DNA of 64,000 nt from an uncultured Arcobacter sp. Its GTDB lineage: Bacteria; Campylobacterota; Campylobacteria; Campylobacterales; Arcobacteraceae. Below, one piece after another: positions 40,863 to 50,364 of the stretch (the stretch's first letter is position 1; each line of letters starts with the position of its first letter). The notes under the pieces are model-generated. The model saw nothing but the letters and a program-made list of their open reading frames with translations. It did no database searches and was not told the DNA's origin. Location of the stretch: contig OZ223302.1 in NCBI GenBank assembly GCA_965140705.1, positions 320,001 through 384,000 on the forward strand, in the 5' to 3' direction. A program made the translations under genes and the position numbers.

Positions 40863-41004
40863 AATAGCTTTATAAAATTGACTATTTTTTAAAAGTTCAA
40901 GGCAGTGGGGTAATTTTGTGTAGGAGCATACTAAAGTATGTGAGAAACAAAATTTCCGCGCTAACGCAGAAATTTTGAAAAAGAGACAAATTTATAAAGC
41001 TATT
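40863..41004. repeat. ERIC-like palindromic miniature element
   Basis: 36-bp imperfect terminal inverted repeats (5 mismatches); core AAGGC...AGGAGCATAC-TAAA-GTATGTGA...AACGCA. Confidence 0.75.
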
Positions 41005-42343
41005 CGTTCATTCCTGCGAAGAAATCTTCATTATTCGCCGTTTTCAACATCTTACTATAAAGAAATTTCAACGCTTCTACTTCATCCATAGATGCAATTG
41101 CATTTCTTAGTATCCATGTTTTTTGTAAGATATCAGGAGTAAGAAGTAATTCTTCTTTTCTTGTACCAGATTTGATAATATCAACAGCTGGGTAAACTCT
41201 TTTATTTGAAGCTTCTCTACTTAATACAACTTCTGAATTACCTGTACCTTTGAACTCTTCGAAAATAACTTCGTCCATTTTTGAACCAGTATCAATAAGA
41301 GCAGTTGAGATAATAGTTAAAGAACCACCCTCTTCTATATTTCTAGCAGCTCCAAAGAATCTTTTTGGTTTATGTAGTGCATTTGCATCAACCCCACCTG
41401 AAAGTACTTTACCACTACTTGGAGTTACTGTATTGTATGCTCTTGCTAATCTTGTGATTGAGTCAAGTAAGATTACAACATCTTTTTTCATTTCAACCAT
41501 TCTTTTTGCTTTTTCAATAACAATTTCAGCAACTCTTACGTGATTTTGAGCAGGTAAGTCAAAAGTAGAAGAGTACACTTCACCTTTTACACTTCTTTGC
41601 ATATCTGTAACTTCTTCTGGTCTTTCATCTATTAATAAAACCATTAAGTGAGCTTCTGGGTGATTTCTTGAGATACCATGTGCTAGTTCTTTTAAAAGTT
41701 CTGTTTTACCAGTTTTTGGAGGAGCAACAATAAGTCCCCTTTGACCTTTACCCATAGGAGAGAATAAATCTAAGATTCTTCCTGTCATTTTATGTGACTC
41801 ATACTCAAATTTAAATCTTTCAGTTGAGTATAAAGGTGTTAAGTTATCAAATAGTGGTCTGTTTTTTGATTCATGAATTGGTAAGTAGTTTATGGCTTCA
41901 ATTTTAAGTAAAGCATAATATTTTTCACTCTCTTTGTTTGGAGGTCTAACTTGTCCTGTTACAATATCTCCAGTTCTTAGTGCGAACTTTTTAATTTGTG
42001 TTGCACTCACATAAGAATCATTAGATGTATCAGAAAAATTTCCATCCATAGCTCTTAAAAATCCAAATCCACCATCTTTTATTTCTAAAATACCTGTGAA
42101 AAGTATAAATCCACCTTGATCGATTTGAGTTTTCAAAATTGAGAACATTAGTTCTTGTCGTTTTAGTTCTTGAGGGTTTTCTACATCGAGTTTTTTAGCT
42201 ATTTGGAGTAGTTCTTCTAAAGGAAATTCTCTTAGTTTTTCTATCGTATGCCCTTCTACAGGGATATGAGTCCTAGTTTTTCTGCCATTAGAATTCCCTT
42301 TTGCAGGAGTATTCTTTTTAGTTTGAGTTGTTGTCTCTTCCAT
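41000..42343 (-). CDS. rho: Transcription termination factor Rho
   Basis: [44 protein letters not shown]. Confidence 0.97.
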   Translation of the reverse strand: MEETTTQTKKNTPAKGNSNGRKTRTHIPVEGHTIEKLREFPLEELLQIAKKLDVENPQELKRQELMFSILKTQIDQGGFILFTGILEIKDGGFGFLRAMDGNFSDTSNDSYVSATQIKKFALRTGDIVTGQVRPPNKESEKYYALLKIEAINYLPIHESKNRPLFDNLTPLYSTERFKFEYESHKMTGRILDLFSPMGKGQRGLIVAPPKTGKTELLKELAHGISRNHPEAHLMVLLIDERPEEVTDMQRSVKGEVYSSTFDLPAQNHVRVAEIVIEKAKRMVEMKKDVVILLDSITRLARAYNTVTPSSGKVLSGGVDANALHKPKRFFGAARNIEEGGSLTIISTALIDTGSKMDEVIFEEFKGTGNSEVVLSREASNKRVYPAVDIIKSGTRKEELLLTPDILQKTWILRNAIASMDEVEALKFLYSKMLKTANNEDFFAGMNE

Positions 42344-42421
42344 TTATATTTAGACCTTTGTCATTTTCAGTAAAGTGATTTTTTGTAGTTAATTCTTGTA
42401 ATCAGAATTTTAAGTGGTGTA

Positions 42422-42450
42422 ATTTTAGTCTTTATTTCATAAATTGTCAA
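42422..42450 (-). promoter_or_regulatory. Sigma70 promoter of rho
   Basis: Minus strand TTGACA-17 nt-TAAAAT. Confidence 0.7.
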
Positions 42451-42466
42451 ATATTTTGATTTTAGT

Positions 42467-42501
42467 AAAAAAAAGGTGCCAATTTCTTGACACCTTTTTT
42501 T
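42467..42501 (-). terminator. Intrinsic terminator after ahpC
   Basis: A8-ggtgccaa-tttc-ttgacacc-T7. Confidence 0.75.
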
Positions 42502-42519
42502 AATAATCTAAATTAAATA

Positions 42520-43116
42520 TTATAATTTATCTGCATTTTTAGATAAATATTCAGCAACACCTTCAGTAGTATCTTTCATACCTTCGTCACCTTTTTGCCA
42601 ACCAGCTGGACAAACTTCACCATGCTCATTAGTAAATAACATTGTATCTACCATTCTAATCATTTCATCAATGTTTCTTCCTAATGGTAAGTCATTGATT
42701 ACTGCATGTCTAACAGTTCCATCAGCGTCAATTAAGAAAGAACCTCTTAATGCAACTGATTCACCAAATAATACATCATAATCTTTTGAAATTTGTTTAC
42801 TTAAGTCAGCAACTAATGGGAATTTAACTCTTCCAATTCCACCATTTTCAACAGGAGTTTCTCTCCAAGCAAAGTGTGAGAATTGTGAATCAACAGAAAC
42901 ACCAATAACATTTACTCCTCTTTCTTTGAATTCATCAGCTCTTTTAGAGAATGCTATAATTTCAGATGGACAAACAAATGTAAAATCTAGTGGGTAAAAG
43001 AATACAACTGCACCTTTTTCACCAATGTTTTCATATAAATTAAAATCCTCAACAATTTGACCGTCTGCAAGTACAGCTGTTGCTGTAAAATCTGGAGCTT
43101 TTTTTGTAACTAACAT
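42520..43116 (-). CDS. ahpC: 2-Cys peroxiredoxin AhpC
   Basis: FYPLDFTFVCPSE, GEVCPAGW. Confidence 0.95.
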   Translation of the reverse strand: MLVTKKAPDFTATAVLADGQIVEDFNLYENIGEKGAVVFFYPLDFTFVCPSEIIAFSKRADEFKERGVNVIGVSVDSQFSHFAWRETPVENGGIGRVKFPLVADLSKQISKDYDVLFGESVALRGSFLIDADGTVRHAVINDLPLGRNIDEMIRMVDTMLFTNEHGEVCPAGWQKGDEGMKDTTEGVAEYLSKNADKL

Positions 43117-43562
43117 ATTTTAATTCCTTTATTTAAGTTTTAAGTGATGTAATTATAATATAATATTCTAAAATGAACCATCAATTATAATGTTTAATTT
43201 TATATTTAAGAAAATTTTTATTTTAGGATAAAAATTATCCATAAGATAGAATACTGACTAATATTTATATATTATAACTAATACACACAAACAAAAAATT
43301 CACTACTTATATATAATAAGTATAATAAATGTGTAAAAAAGGTATACACTATTAAAAGTACAAAATTTTTATTTTTTTAACTTAAAGAGATAAATTTTAC
43401 TATTTTTAATGAAAATATACTGATTTTTTATAAAAATAGTTAATATTTCTAAAAAAAAAAGAGCAAATTTCTCTATTTTTAGTGAAAAATACTACAATAA
43501 ATTTTAAAGTTATATTTATATTTGATGTGATAGAGTTACTCAAAATATATTAAGGAGATAAA

Positions 43563-43823
43563 ATGGCAGTAGTAATTACTGATACATGTATAAGCTGTGA
43601 TGCTTGCCTTGACGAATGCCCAGTTGAAGCGATAGTTGATAATGACGAAAATCCTACAGGTGAAGATATCTATTATGTTTATGAAGACAAATGTGTTGAG
43701 TGTATAGGTCATAATGATACACCAGCATGTGCTGATGCATGTCCAACAGAAGGATGTATTGTATGGGGTGAAAATCCTGATACAGAAGGCGCTGTAGCCG
43801 GTACTCCTTGTGTAGAAGACTAA
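43563..43823 (+). CDS. fdxA: 2[4Fe-4S] ferredoxin
   Basis: CISCDAC...CP and CVEC.......C...CP; divergent from ahpC as in Campylobacter. Confidence 0.9.
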   Translation: MAVVITDTCISCDACLDECPVEAIVDNDENPTGEDIYYVYEDKCVECIGHNDTPACADACPTEGCIVWGENPDTEGAVAGTPCVED

Positions 43824-43846
43824 TTTAAAAAATATTTTTAACAAGT

Positions 43847-43883
43847 AAAAAGGTAGGTAATTTTACAATTACTTGCCTTTTTT
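43847..43883 (+). terminator. Intrinsic terminator after ferredoxin
   Basis: aaaaaggtaggtaatt...aattacttgcctttttt. Confidence 0.7.
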
Positions 43884-43935
43884 TATTTTTTTAGATATAA
43901 TCCGCGACTTGAAATTCAAAATAGGAAAATATCAT

Positions 43936-44349
43936 ATGGAACAAACATTATCTATCATCAAACCTGATGCTGTTGCAAAAAATGTTGTAGGAAAAATCTT
44001 AGACAGATTTGAATCTGCAGGATTAAGAATTGCAGCTACAAGAAAAATGCAATTAAGTAGAGCGGATGCTGAAGCTTTTTATGCTGTACATGCTGAAAGA
44101 CCATTTTTTGGTGAATTAGTAGAATTTATGATTTCTGGACCTGTTGTAGTTTCAGTTTTAGAAGGTGACAATGCAATGTCTATCAACAGAGATTTAATGG
44201 GTGCTACTAATCCTAAAGAAGCTGCTGCTGGTACAATTAGAGCTGATTTTGCTGATTCTATTGATGCAAATGCAGTTCATGGTTCTGATTCTTTAGAGAA
44301 TGCAGCTAATGAAATTAAATTTTTCTTTTCAGATAGAGAAATCTGTTAA
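43936..44349 (+). CDS. ndk: Nucleoside diphosphate kinase
   Basis: [25 protein letters not shown] at 43936 follows AGGA. Confidence 0.97.
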   Translation: MEQTLSIIKPDAVAKNVVGKILDRFESAGLRIAATRKMQLSRADAEAFYAVHAERPFFGELVEFMISGPVVVSVLEGDNAMSINRDLMGATNPKEAAAGTIRADFADSIDANAVHGSDSLENAANEIKFFFSDREIC

Positions 44350-44358
44350 TAATTATTT

Positions 44359-44739
44359 ATGCAAATAGAATTTAGAAAAGTCCCATTTACTCCAAAAGAG
44401 TTTACAACTGAACTTGATTCAGTTAAATTAGAGGGTACTTTTTGTAAAATGTCGCCTACATTGGCTAAAGTTGAAGCAACTTTAGTAGGTTCTACATCTG
44501 TAGATTGCTGTAGATGCGGGATTGAATACACTATAGACCTTAATGAAAATTTAGAATTTTTGTTATCAAACAGAGTGTATGAAGATGAATCTGAGTTGGA
44601 AAACTTAGTAATTGAGATAGAAAACGATATGATTGACTTTAATGAAATAATCGAAAGTGAAATTTCATCTATAAGAAGTGATTATCACATATGTGCTCTT
44701 TGTTTAGAAAATAAAGATAGTATAGAAAAAGAATATTAA
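44359..44739 (+). CDS. YceD/DUF177-like protein
   Basis: C.RC and C..C pairs; conserved position upstream of rpmF-plsX. Confidence 0.75.
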   Translation: MQIEFRKVPFTPKEFTTELDSVKLEGTFCKMSPTLAKVEATLVGSTSVDCCRCGIEYTIDLNENLEFLLSNRVYEDESELENLVIEIENDMIDFNEIIESEISSIRSDYHICALCLENKDSIEKEY

Positions 44740-44751
44740 AAGGAGAATAAC

Positions 44752-44904
44752 ATGGCAGTACCAAAGAGAAGAGTGTCACACTCAAGATCAGCTAAGAGAA
44801 GAACTCACTATAAAATTACACTTAAAAGACCTGTAAAAGATAGTGATGGAACTTGGAAAATGCCTCATACGGTAAATCCAAATACTGGCGAATATAAAAA
44901 CTAA
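44752..44904 (+). CDS. rpmF: 50S ribosomal protein L32 (no Zn-binding Cys), absent from the ORF track
   Basis: [63 protein letters not shown] overlap with plsX. Confidence 0.96.
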   Translation: MAVPKRRVSHSRSAKRRTHYKITLKRPVKDSDGTWKMPHTVNPNTGEYKN

Positions 44905-45905
44905 TGCTAAAAATAGCAATTGATGCGATGGGTGGGGACTTCGGTCCCGAACCTATTATAGACGGTTTAATAGCCGCTCTTAGAATAAATACAGCTTTTT
45001 CTGCAATCGCTGTAGGTAAAAAAGAAGAATTACTAAAACTTATCCCACCTGAATACTTAAGAAGAATAGAAATCCTTGATTGTCATGATGTTATATCTAT
45101 GCAAGACCATGCAACTGATGCACTAAAAAGAAAAGATAGCTCTATTTATCAAGCTATTGAACTTGTTAAAAACGGTCAAGCAGATGCTGTTGTTTCAGCA
45201 GGACATTCTGGAGCTTCAATGTCTTTAGCGACGTTAAGAATTGGAAGAATCAAAGGTGTTACTAGACCTGCAATTGCAACACTTATGCCAACTAGTGAAA
45301 ACCAAAATACTTTGGTATTAGATGTTGGGGCAAATGTTGATTGTGATGAAAAAAATCTATTTGAATTTGCAGTCATGGGACAAATCTATGCTCAAGATGT
45401 TTTGAAACTTGATGAACCAATTATTGGATTATTAAGTAATGGAGAAGAGGAATCAAAAGGTAACGAAGTTACTAGAGCAGCTTATGAATTATTAGCTAAC
45501 TCTCAAATAAGAAATTTTGCTGGAAATGTTGAAGGTAGTGATATCTTCAAAGGAACAGTTGATGTTGTTGTTTGTGATGGATTTATTGGAAATATTTTAT
45601 TAAAAACAGCCGAAGGTGTCGCAGATACTATTGGTCAAATATTGAAGAAAAATCTAAAAAGATCTCTAATCTCTATTGCAGGTGCTGTATTGATGAGAAA
45701 AGTCTTCAAATCGCTAAAAGTTAGAGTCGATTATGCAGAATATGGTGGAGCTCCTTTATTAGGTGTTAAAGCTCCAGTAATTATAGCCCATGGAAAATCA
45801 AATCCAAAAGCTATAAAAAATGCAATAAATCAGGCTATAAGTGCAGCGAGTTCTAGACTAGAACAAGATATAGAAGATAAACTTGCAAAATATAGAAATT
45901 TTTAA
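44904..45905 (+). CDS. plsX: Phosphate acyltransferase PlsX
   Basis: IDAMGGD, RPAI, LDVGAN, GEE..KG, DGF.GN, HG.S. Confidence 0.96.
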   Translation: MLKIAIDAMGGDFGPEPIIDGLIAALRINTAFSAIAVGKKEELLKLIPPEYLRRIEILDCHDVISMQDHATDALKRKDSSIYQAIELVKNGQADAVVSAGHSGASMSLATLRIGRIKGVTRPAIATLMPTSENQNTLVLDVGANVDCDEKNLFEFAVMGQIYAQDVLKLDEPIIGLLSNGEEESKGNEVTRAAYELLANSQIRNFAGNVEGSDIFKGTVDVVVCDGFIGNILLKTAEGVADTIGQILKKNLKRSLISIAGAVLMRKVFKSLKVRVDYAEYGGAPLLGVKAPVIIAHGKSNPKAIKNAINQAISAASSRLEQDIEDKLAKYRNF

Positions 45906-45914
45906 GGACTAAGA

Positions 45915-46913
45915 ATGGCTTATGCAGCTTTTAGATCAATAGGTGCTTATATACCAGAAAAAATCATGACAAACTTTGATTTCGAAAAAATCATGGATAC
46001 GTCTGATGAATGGATAACAAAAAGAACTGGTATTAAAGAAAGAAGGGTAGCAGCAAAGGATGAATTTCCATCTGATATGGGTGCAAATGCAGCCAGAATT
46101 GCTATTCAAAGAGCAGGAATAGACCCAGCTGACATAGACTTGATTGTTTGTTCAACTGTAACTCCTGACTACCTTTGTATGCCCTCAACTGCTTGTGTAT
46201 TAGCATCAAAATTGGGTTTAAGAGATGTGCAAGCATTTGATATGAGTGCTGCTTGTACAGGATTTATTTATGCTTTATCTGTTGCAAAAGCATTTATTGA
46301 ATCTGGTATGAAAAAAAATGTACTTATTGTTGGTGCTGAAAAATATACTTCTATCTTAAATTATGAAGATAGAGGAACAGCTTTTATTTTTGGAGATGGT
46401 GCAGGTGCAGCAATTATATCTGCAACTGATAAAAAAGAAGAAGCAATAGTTGATGTAAAATGTTCTAGTGATGGTGATTATGATCACTTAATCATGACTC
46501 CAGGTGGGGGAAGTAGAAATCCTTGTTCACCTGAAGTAGTAGAGCAAAAATTAGCATGTATCCAAATGAAGGGTGGCGAAACTTTTAAATTAGCAGTTAA
46601 AACTTTAACTTCTGATGTAAAAGAGATGTTTGAAAAACATAATTTAAAGCCTGAAGACATTAATCACTTTATTCCTCACCAAGCAAACTATAGAATTATA
46701 AAAGCTGTTGGTGAAGCATTAGGACTAAATGACGAGCAAACTGTTGTAACTGTAGATAAATATGGAAATACTTCAGCCGCTTCTATTCCTATGGCTATGA
46801 ACTATGCTTATGAACAAGGTAAAATAAAAGCTGGTGATAATGTACTTTTTGATGCATTTGGAGCTGGACTTACTTGGGGAAGCGCTTTATTCCCATTCTC
46901 ACCTAAAAAATAA
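45915..46913 (+). CDS. fabH: 3-oxoacyl-ACP synthase III
   Basis: AACTGF, FGDGAGA, PHQAN, GNTSAAS. Confidence 0.96.
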   Translation: MAYAAFRSIGAYIPEKIMTNFDFEKIMDTSDEWITKRTGIKERRVAAKDEFPSDMGANAARIAIQRAGIDPADIDLIVCSTVTPDYLCMPSTACVLASKLGLRDVQAFDMSAACTGFIYALSVAKAFIESGMKKNVLIVGAEKYTSILNYEDRGTAFIFGDGAGAAIISATDKKEEAIVDVKCSSDGDYDHLIMTPGGGSRNPCSPEVVEQKLACIQMKGGETFKLAVKTLTSDVKEMFEKHNLKPEDINHFIPHQANYRIIKAVGEALGLNDEQTVVTVDKYGNTSAASIPMAMNYAYEQGKIKAGDNVLFDAFGAGLTWGSALFPFSPKK

Positions 46914-46979
46914 ATTTAAAGAGGTCAAAAACCTCTTATAAATTTTTTCTCACTTGTTAAAATTTAATCTATATTTATT

Positions 46980-47429
46980 TTAACGACTTAAAACCCAAAA
47001 TATAATACCTACAATTATCATTATTTCAAAAATATATCCTATTAATGCAATTTTATTCTTCTTTTTTAATTCCTCACTAGTCCCATTTATAATAGGCATT
47101 GTATAACAATATATTAAAGTAATAATAATATTAGGAGTAAAAATAAAAATCAAGTTTATAAATACTAAAAATAGTGTTCCTCTTAATAAAGTTTCATTCA
47201 TAAACTCTGTAAAAGGAATATATAAATAAATGATATTTAAAAAAAATAATATAATTTGAAGTATATCTATAAAGTATTTAATTACTTGTTTATAGACTTG
47301 TTTTACTATTATAGTTGAGCCACAATTAGAACATTTACTCCCTTCATTAGTTATATAAAGATTCTTAAACATTGATATAAACTTTATAGTTCTTTTATTG
47401 CATGAAGGGCAAGTCCTTTTAGGTAGCAC
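46980..47429 (-). CDS. Hypothetical membrane protein with N-terminal zinc ribbon
   Basis: CPSC...CSNC followed by three hydrophobic segments; AAGGA RBS before GTG. Confidence 0.6.
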   Translation of the reverse strand: MLPKRTCPSCNKRTIKFISMFKNLYITNEGSKCSNCGSTIIVKQVYKQVIKYFIDILQIILFFLNIIYLYIPFTEFMNETLLRGTLFLVFINLIFIFTPNIIITLIYCYTMPIINGTSEELKKKNKIALIGYIFEIMIIVGIIFWVLSR

Positions 47430-47463
47430 AGTTTTTCCTTAAATAAAAAATGTTTTTTATCTT

Positions 47464-47907
47464 TTATTGAAATTTCTTATTATTCGGATTATTTTTAAAT
47501 ACATTTAGTGATTTATGCAAAGAAGCTTTTGAACTTGTGTTAAATTTTTCTACAGTTGCTACTGGATTTATCAATAATATTGATTCATCAATTACAATTT
47601 GAAAAACAGATTCTAAAGGAATTGTTACTGTCGATCCAAAGTTTTCAGAACCGAAACCTGCTTCAAATGAGATAAATTCATCTTCAATTTTTATAGTTGT
47701 ATAGGTATAATTACTTAGAACAAAAAGTGAGAATTTAGCTAATTTTTTTTCTATAGCACTTGGCAAAGCAGGATCAAAAGTTGCTCCATTTACATTTACT
47801 GTTATTGCAAATTCACTATTTCTTTCCAATAAAAAAACTATCATATCTTTTACTTGTTTAATCATAAGATTCTTAAATTCAACACTCTGTATTACATCAT
47901 TTACCAT
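47464..47907 (-). CDS. Hypothetical protein, possibly SspB-like fold
   Basis: AAGGA RBS before ATG 47907; ISFEAGFG..F...VTIPL..V..I segment. Confidence 0.6.
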   Translation of the reverse strand: MVNDVIQSVEFKNLMIKQVKDMIVFLLERNSEFAITVNVNGATFDPALPSAIEKKLAKFSLFVLSNYTYTTIKIEDEFISFEAGFGSENFGSTVTIPLESVFQIVIDESILLINPVATVEKFNTSSKASLHKSLNVFKNNPNNKKFQ

Positions 47908-47950
47908 ATTTAATTCCTTTTTCCAAAAATCCATGATATTATACAAATAC

Positions 47951-48589
47951 ATGAAAACAATTACAATTATTTTACTGATTTCAACATTAATATATGGTCA
48001 TACTCTTCAATTTACTCAAAAAGATATTGCAAAAATAAAAGCTGATCCAAATGAACGTGCAATTATTATTAGAATAAAAAATTATGAAGAACTAGAAAAA
48101 AAAATAAAAAACTTCTCCACAATTAGAAAGCTTGGTCACATCAATAGTTTTTACAATCATATACTTCCTGAACAAGATAAACAAAAATATGGAATAAGTG
48201 ATTATTGGAGTACAAGAAAAGAGTTTCTAATTGCAGGTAGAGGTGATTGTGAAGATTATACTATTGCCAAATATTTTTCTCTTCTTGAAAATGGCTTTTC
48301 AAAAGATAGTCTTTTTTTAGCAGTTGTAAAAGTTAAAGGATACACTACAAACCATATGGTTTTATTCTATTTTAAATCAAAAGATGAGATTCCATATGTC
48401 CTAGATAATCTTAGTTTTAAAGTACTACCTTTAAATAAAAGACCAAGCTTGCATGTAAAAGTTATCTTCAATGAAAAGGGTTCTTTTTTAATGAATGGAT
48501 ATAAAATAGGTAAAAAAGTAAAAATCGACTGGGGTAAAAAGGATAAATGGAAAGACTTACTAAAAAGAGTTTATGTAAATAAGGAATAA
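47951..48589 (+). CDS. Transglutaminase-like cysteine peptidase (BTLCP/LapG-like)
   Basis: Signal peptide; DYW.T..E...G.GDCEDY.IAKY, HMVL, VLDN. Confidence 0.88.
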   Translation: MKTITIILLISTLIYGHTLQFTQKDIAKIKADPNERAIIIRIKNYEELEKKIKNFSTIRKLGHINSFYNHILPEQDKQKYGISDYWSTRKEFLIAGRGDCEDYTIAKYFSLLENGFSKDSLFLAVVKVKGYTTNHMVLFYFKSKDEIPYVLDNLSFKVLPLNKRPSLHVKVIFNEKGSFLMNGYKIGKKVKIDWGKKDKWKDLLKRVYVNKE

Positions 48590-48611
48590 AATACTTCCTT
48601 ATTTTACACAG

Positions 48612-49646
48612 TTATTTTTTCTTTTTTGATACAAAAACCTCAGCAACATCTTTTGCGTATTGAAGTTCACTAGTAATTCCTACACATGAACAATTTATTT
48701 CTGATAAAACATATTTATCACTTCCATCTTCATTGTAATCCAAAATATAATCCATAGTCCAAAGAAGAGGATAATTTTGTCCATTTAGATAAGGCTTTAA
48801 ATCTTTTAGCCCATTCATTGTAAGTTCTACAACTGTTTTCCATTTTGGTTCAGTTGGTGATTCATATTTATATTTTGCCCCTGAAAATAGTGTTGCAGAA
48901 AATTGTCCCTCTTGTGGCTTTTTATGAACAACTGAGATAGGCTTATCATTTACAAGTAAAACTCTAATCTCTCCTTCAACAATTCTTTCTAAATATCTAC
49001 ATCCAACAAAACCAGTTTTTCCAGTAAAATATGCAGCATATTCTGAAATATTATCTTCAAACTTTGGTTCAAATTTATGCAAAAACTCATTAATATCATC
49101 ATAATAAAACTTTTGATTGTTTACAGCTTCTACAGAGAATATAGAACCATCTTCTTTTTTAGAGACTAAATAAACACCCTCCCCTGTTGAACCATAGTTT
49201 GTTTTTAAAACTCTTATTCCATGCTTATCCAAATCTGAGGGAAATCTTGTGGCAAAATCTGTAAAAGTATGATAAAAATAGCTTTCATCATCTCCTAATT
49301 GTGTACCTTTTAATTTGGCTAAAATATCTTTAAAATCAAGATTTATCATAACATCTGGATGAGTATGTACTGTAATACCAGAATTTCCCAAAGCCTTTAA
49401 AAACTGAAAGTACTCATCTACTTCTTTTAAATTACCAGGATTTATTCTACTTATTACTGCAACTGCTTTTTCTTTTAAATAATCTAATAAATCATATTTT
49501 CTATTTGGCCTATAAAATACAATTTCAGTCTTAAATTCTGTTACTTTTTCTATAGCTTCTAAAATTGGTTTTGTATCTGGTCGAAACCCATCAAAGCCTT
49601 TATCACTTCCTTTTGCATATTCAATTATGAATATAGTATTTTTCAT
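48612..49646 (-). CDS. Cj0069-family ATP-grasp protein
   Basis: GSDKG.DG.R.D, SRINPG, GSTGEG, EGEIR, FSATLFSGA, EINCSCVG. Confidence 0.8.
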   Translation of the reverse strand: MKNTIFIIEYAKGSDKGFDGFRPDTKPILEAIEKVTEFKTEIVFYRPNRKYDLLDYLKEKAVAVISRINPGNLKEVDEYFQFLKALGNSGITVHTHPDVMINLDFKDILAKLKGTQLGDDESYFYHTFTDFATRFPSDLDKHGIRVLKTNYGSTGEGVYLVSKKEDGSIFSVEAVNNQKFYYDDINEFLHKFEPKFEDNISEYAAYFTGKTGFVGCRYLERIVEGEIRVLLVNDKPISVVHKKPQEGQFSATLFSGAKYKYESPTEPKWKTVVELTMNGLKDLKPYLNGQNYPLLWTMDYILDYNEDGSDKYVLSEINCSCVGITSELQYAKDVAEVFVSKKKK

Positions 49647-49710
49647 TTTGTCTCCTTTTGTTGTCACACAAAAGGATTCTATATTAGAAAAAAAACTTTT
49701 TGGTTACAAT

Positions 49711-50274
49711 TTAATAAATAAAAGTAGGATTTTCAATTATGTCAAAATCAATCATTGCATTCATAAGTGCAAACTTTTTTGCCAATTTCAAATCTTCTAA
49801 GCTAAGGTCTTTTTCAATAATATTTTTTGATTCAAGGTATCTTTGTCTTGTAGTACCTTTTAATAAGGGGGTTTTAGGTGTATACCAATTTTCTCCATCA
49901 TATAAGGCTATATTTGCAATAGAGGTGTCAGTTAATAAAAAGTTTTTTAATATAATAATTTCATGTGCATCTTCTTTTTTTGTATAAAGTTCATCTAAAG
50001 AACTTCTATTGAGATACTTTTTTGAATACTCAATTTTATCATCATAAATTATTTTAAAACTTTTTATCTCTCTTTTTTTATATTCATCATATCTTACATC
50101 TAATATCTCATCATCATTATATATAACTTTGCATTTTAAAAGTTTACTATTTAAAGGATAGACATATTCATTTAAATCTATATTTTTCCCTATAGTATTG
50201 GATATTCTTAAATTATGAAAATTAAGATTAAAGACCTCTTTATCTTCACACTTGATTGTTTCAAAATATTCCAT
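49711..50274 (-). CDS. pabC: Aminodeoxychorismate lyase-like protein (aminotransferase class IV)
   Basis: FETIK, YSKKY..R, TDTSIANIA, TP..PLL.GT.R. Confidence 0.75.
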   Translation of the reverse strand: MEYFETIKCEDKEVFNLNFHNLRISNTIGKNIDLNEYVYPLNSKLLKCKVIYNDDEILDVRYDEYKKREIKSFKIIYDDKIEYSKKYLNRSSLDELYTKKEDAHEIIILKNFLLTDTSIANIALYDGENWYTPKTPLLKGTTRQRYLESKNIIEKDLSLEDLKLAKKFALMNAMIDFDIIENPTFIY

Positions 50275-50364
50275 ATCTTTGACCTAATTTTTTTATTATT
50301 TTATCAAAAAAAGTATTTTTAGTCTCTTTTTTGCTAAAATAAAAAAAATATCACTAGGCCATAA

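Noticed and set aside
43117..43562. Long AT-rich ahpC-fdxA spacer as an sRNA or defined Fur/PerR boxes
   Set aside because: Regulation by PerR/Fur is plausible by analogy with Campylobacter, but in such AT-rich DNA I cannot distinguish specific boxes from background, and no stable structure is evident
43536..43844. 102-aa minus-strand ORF over the ferredoxin
   Set aside because: Antisense shadow of a well-supported ferredoxin with a strong RBS
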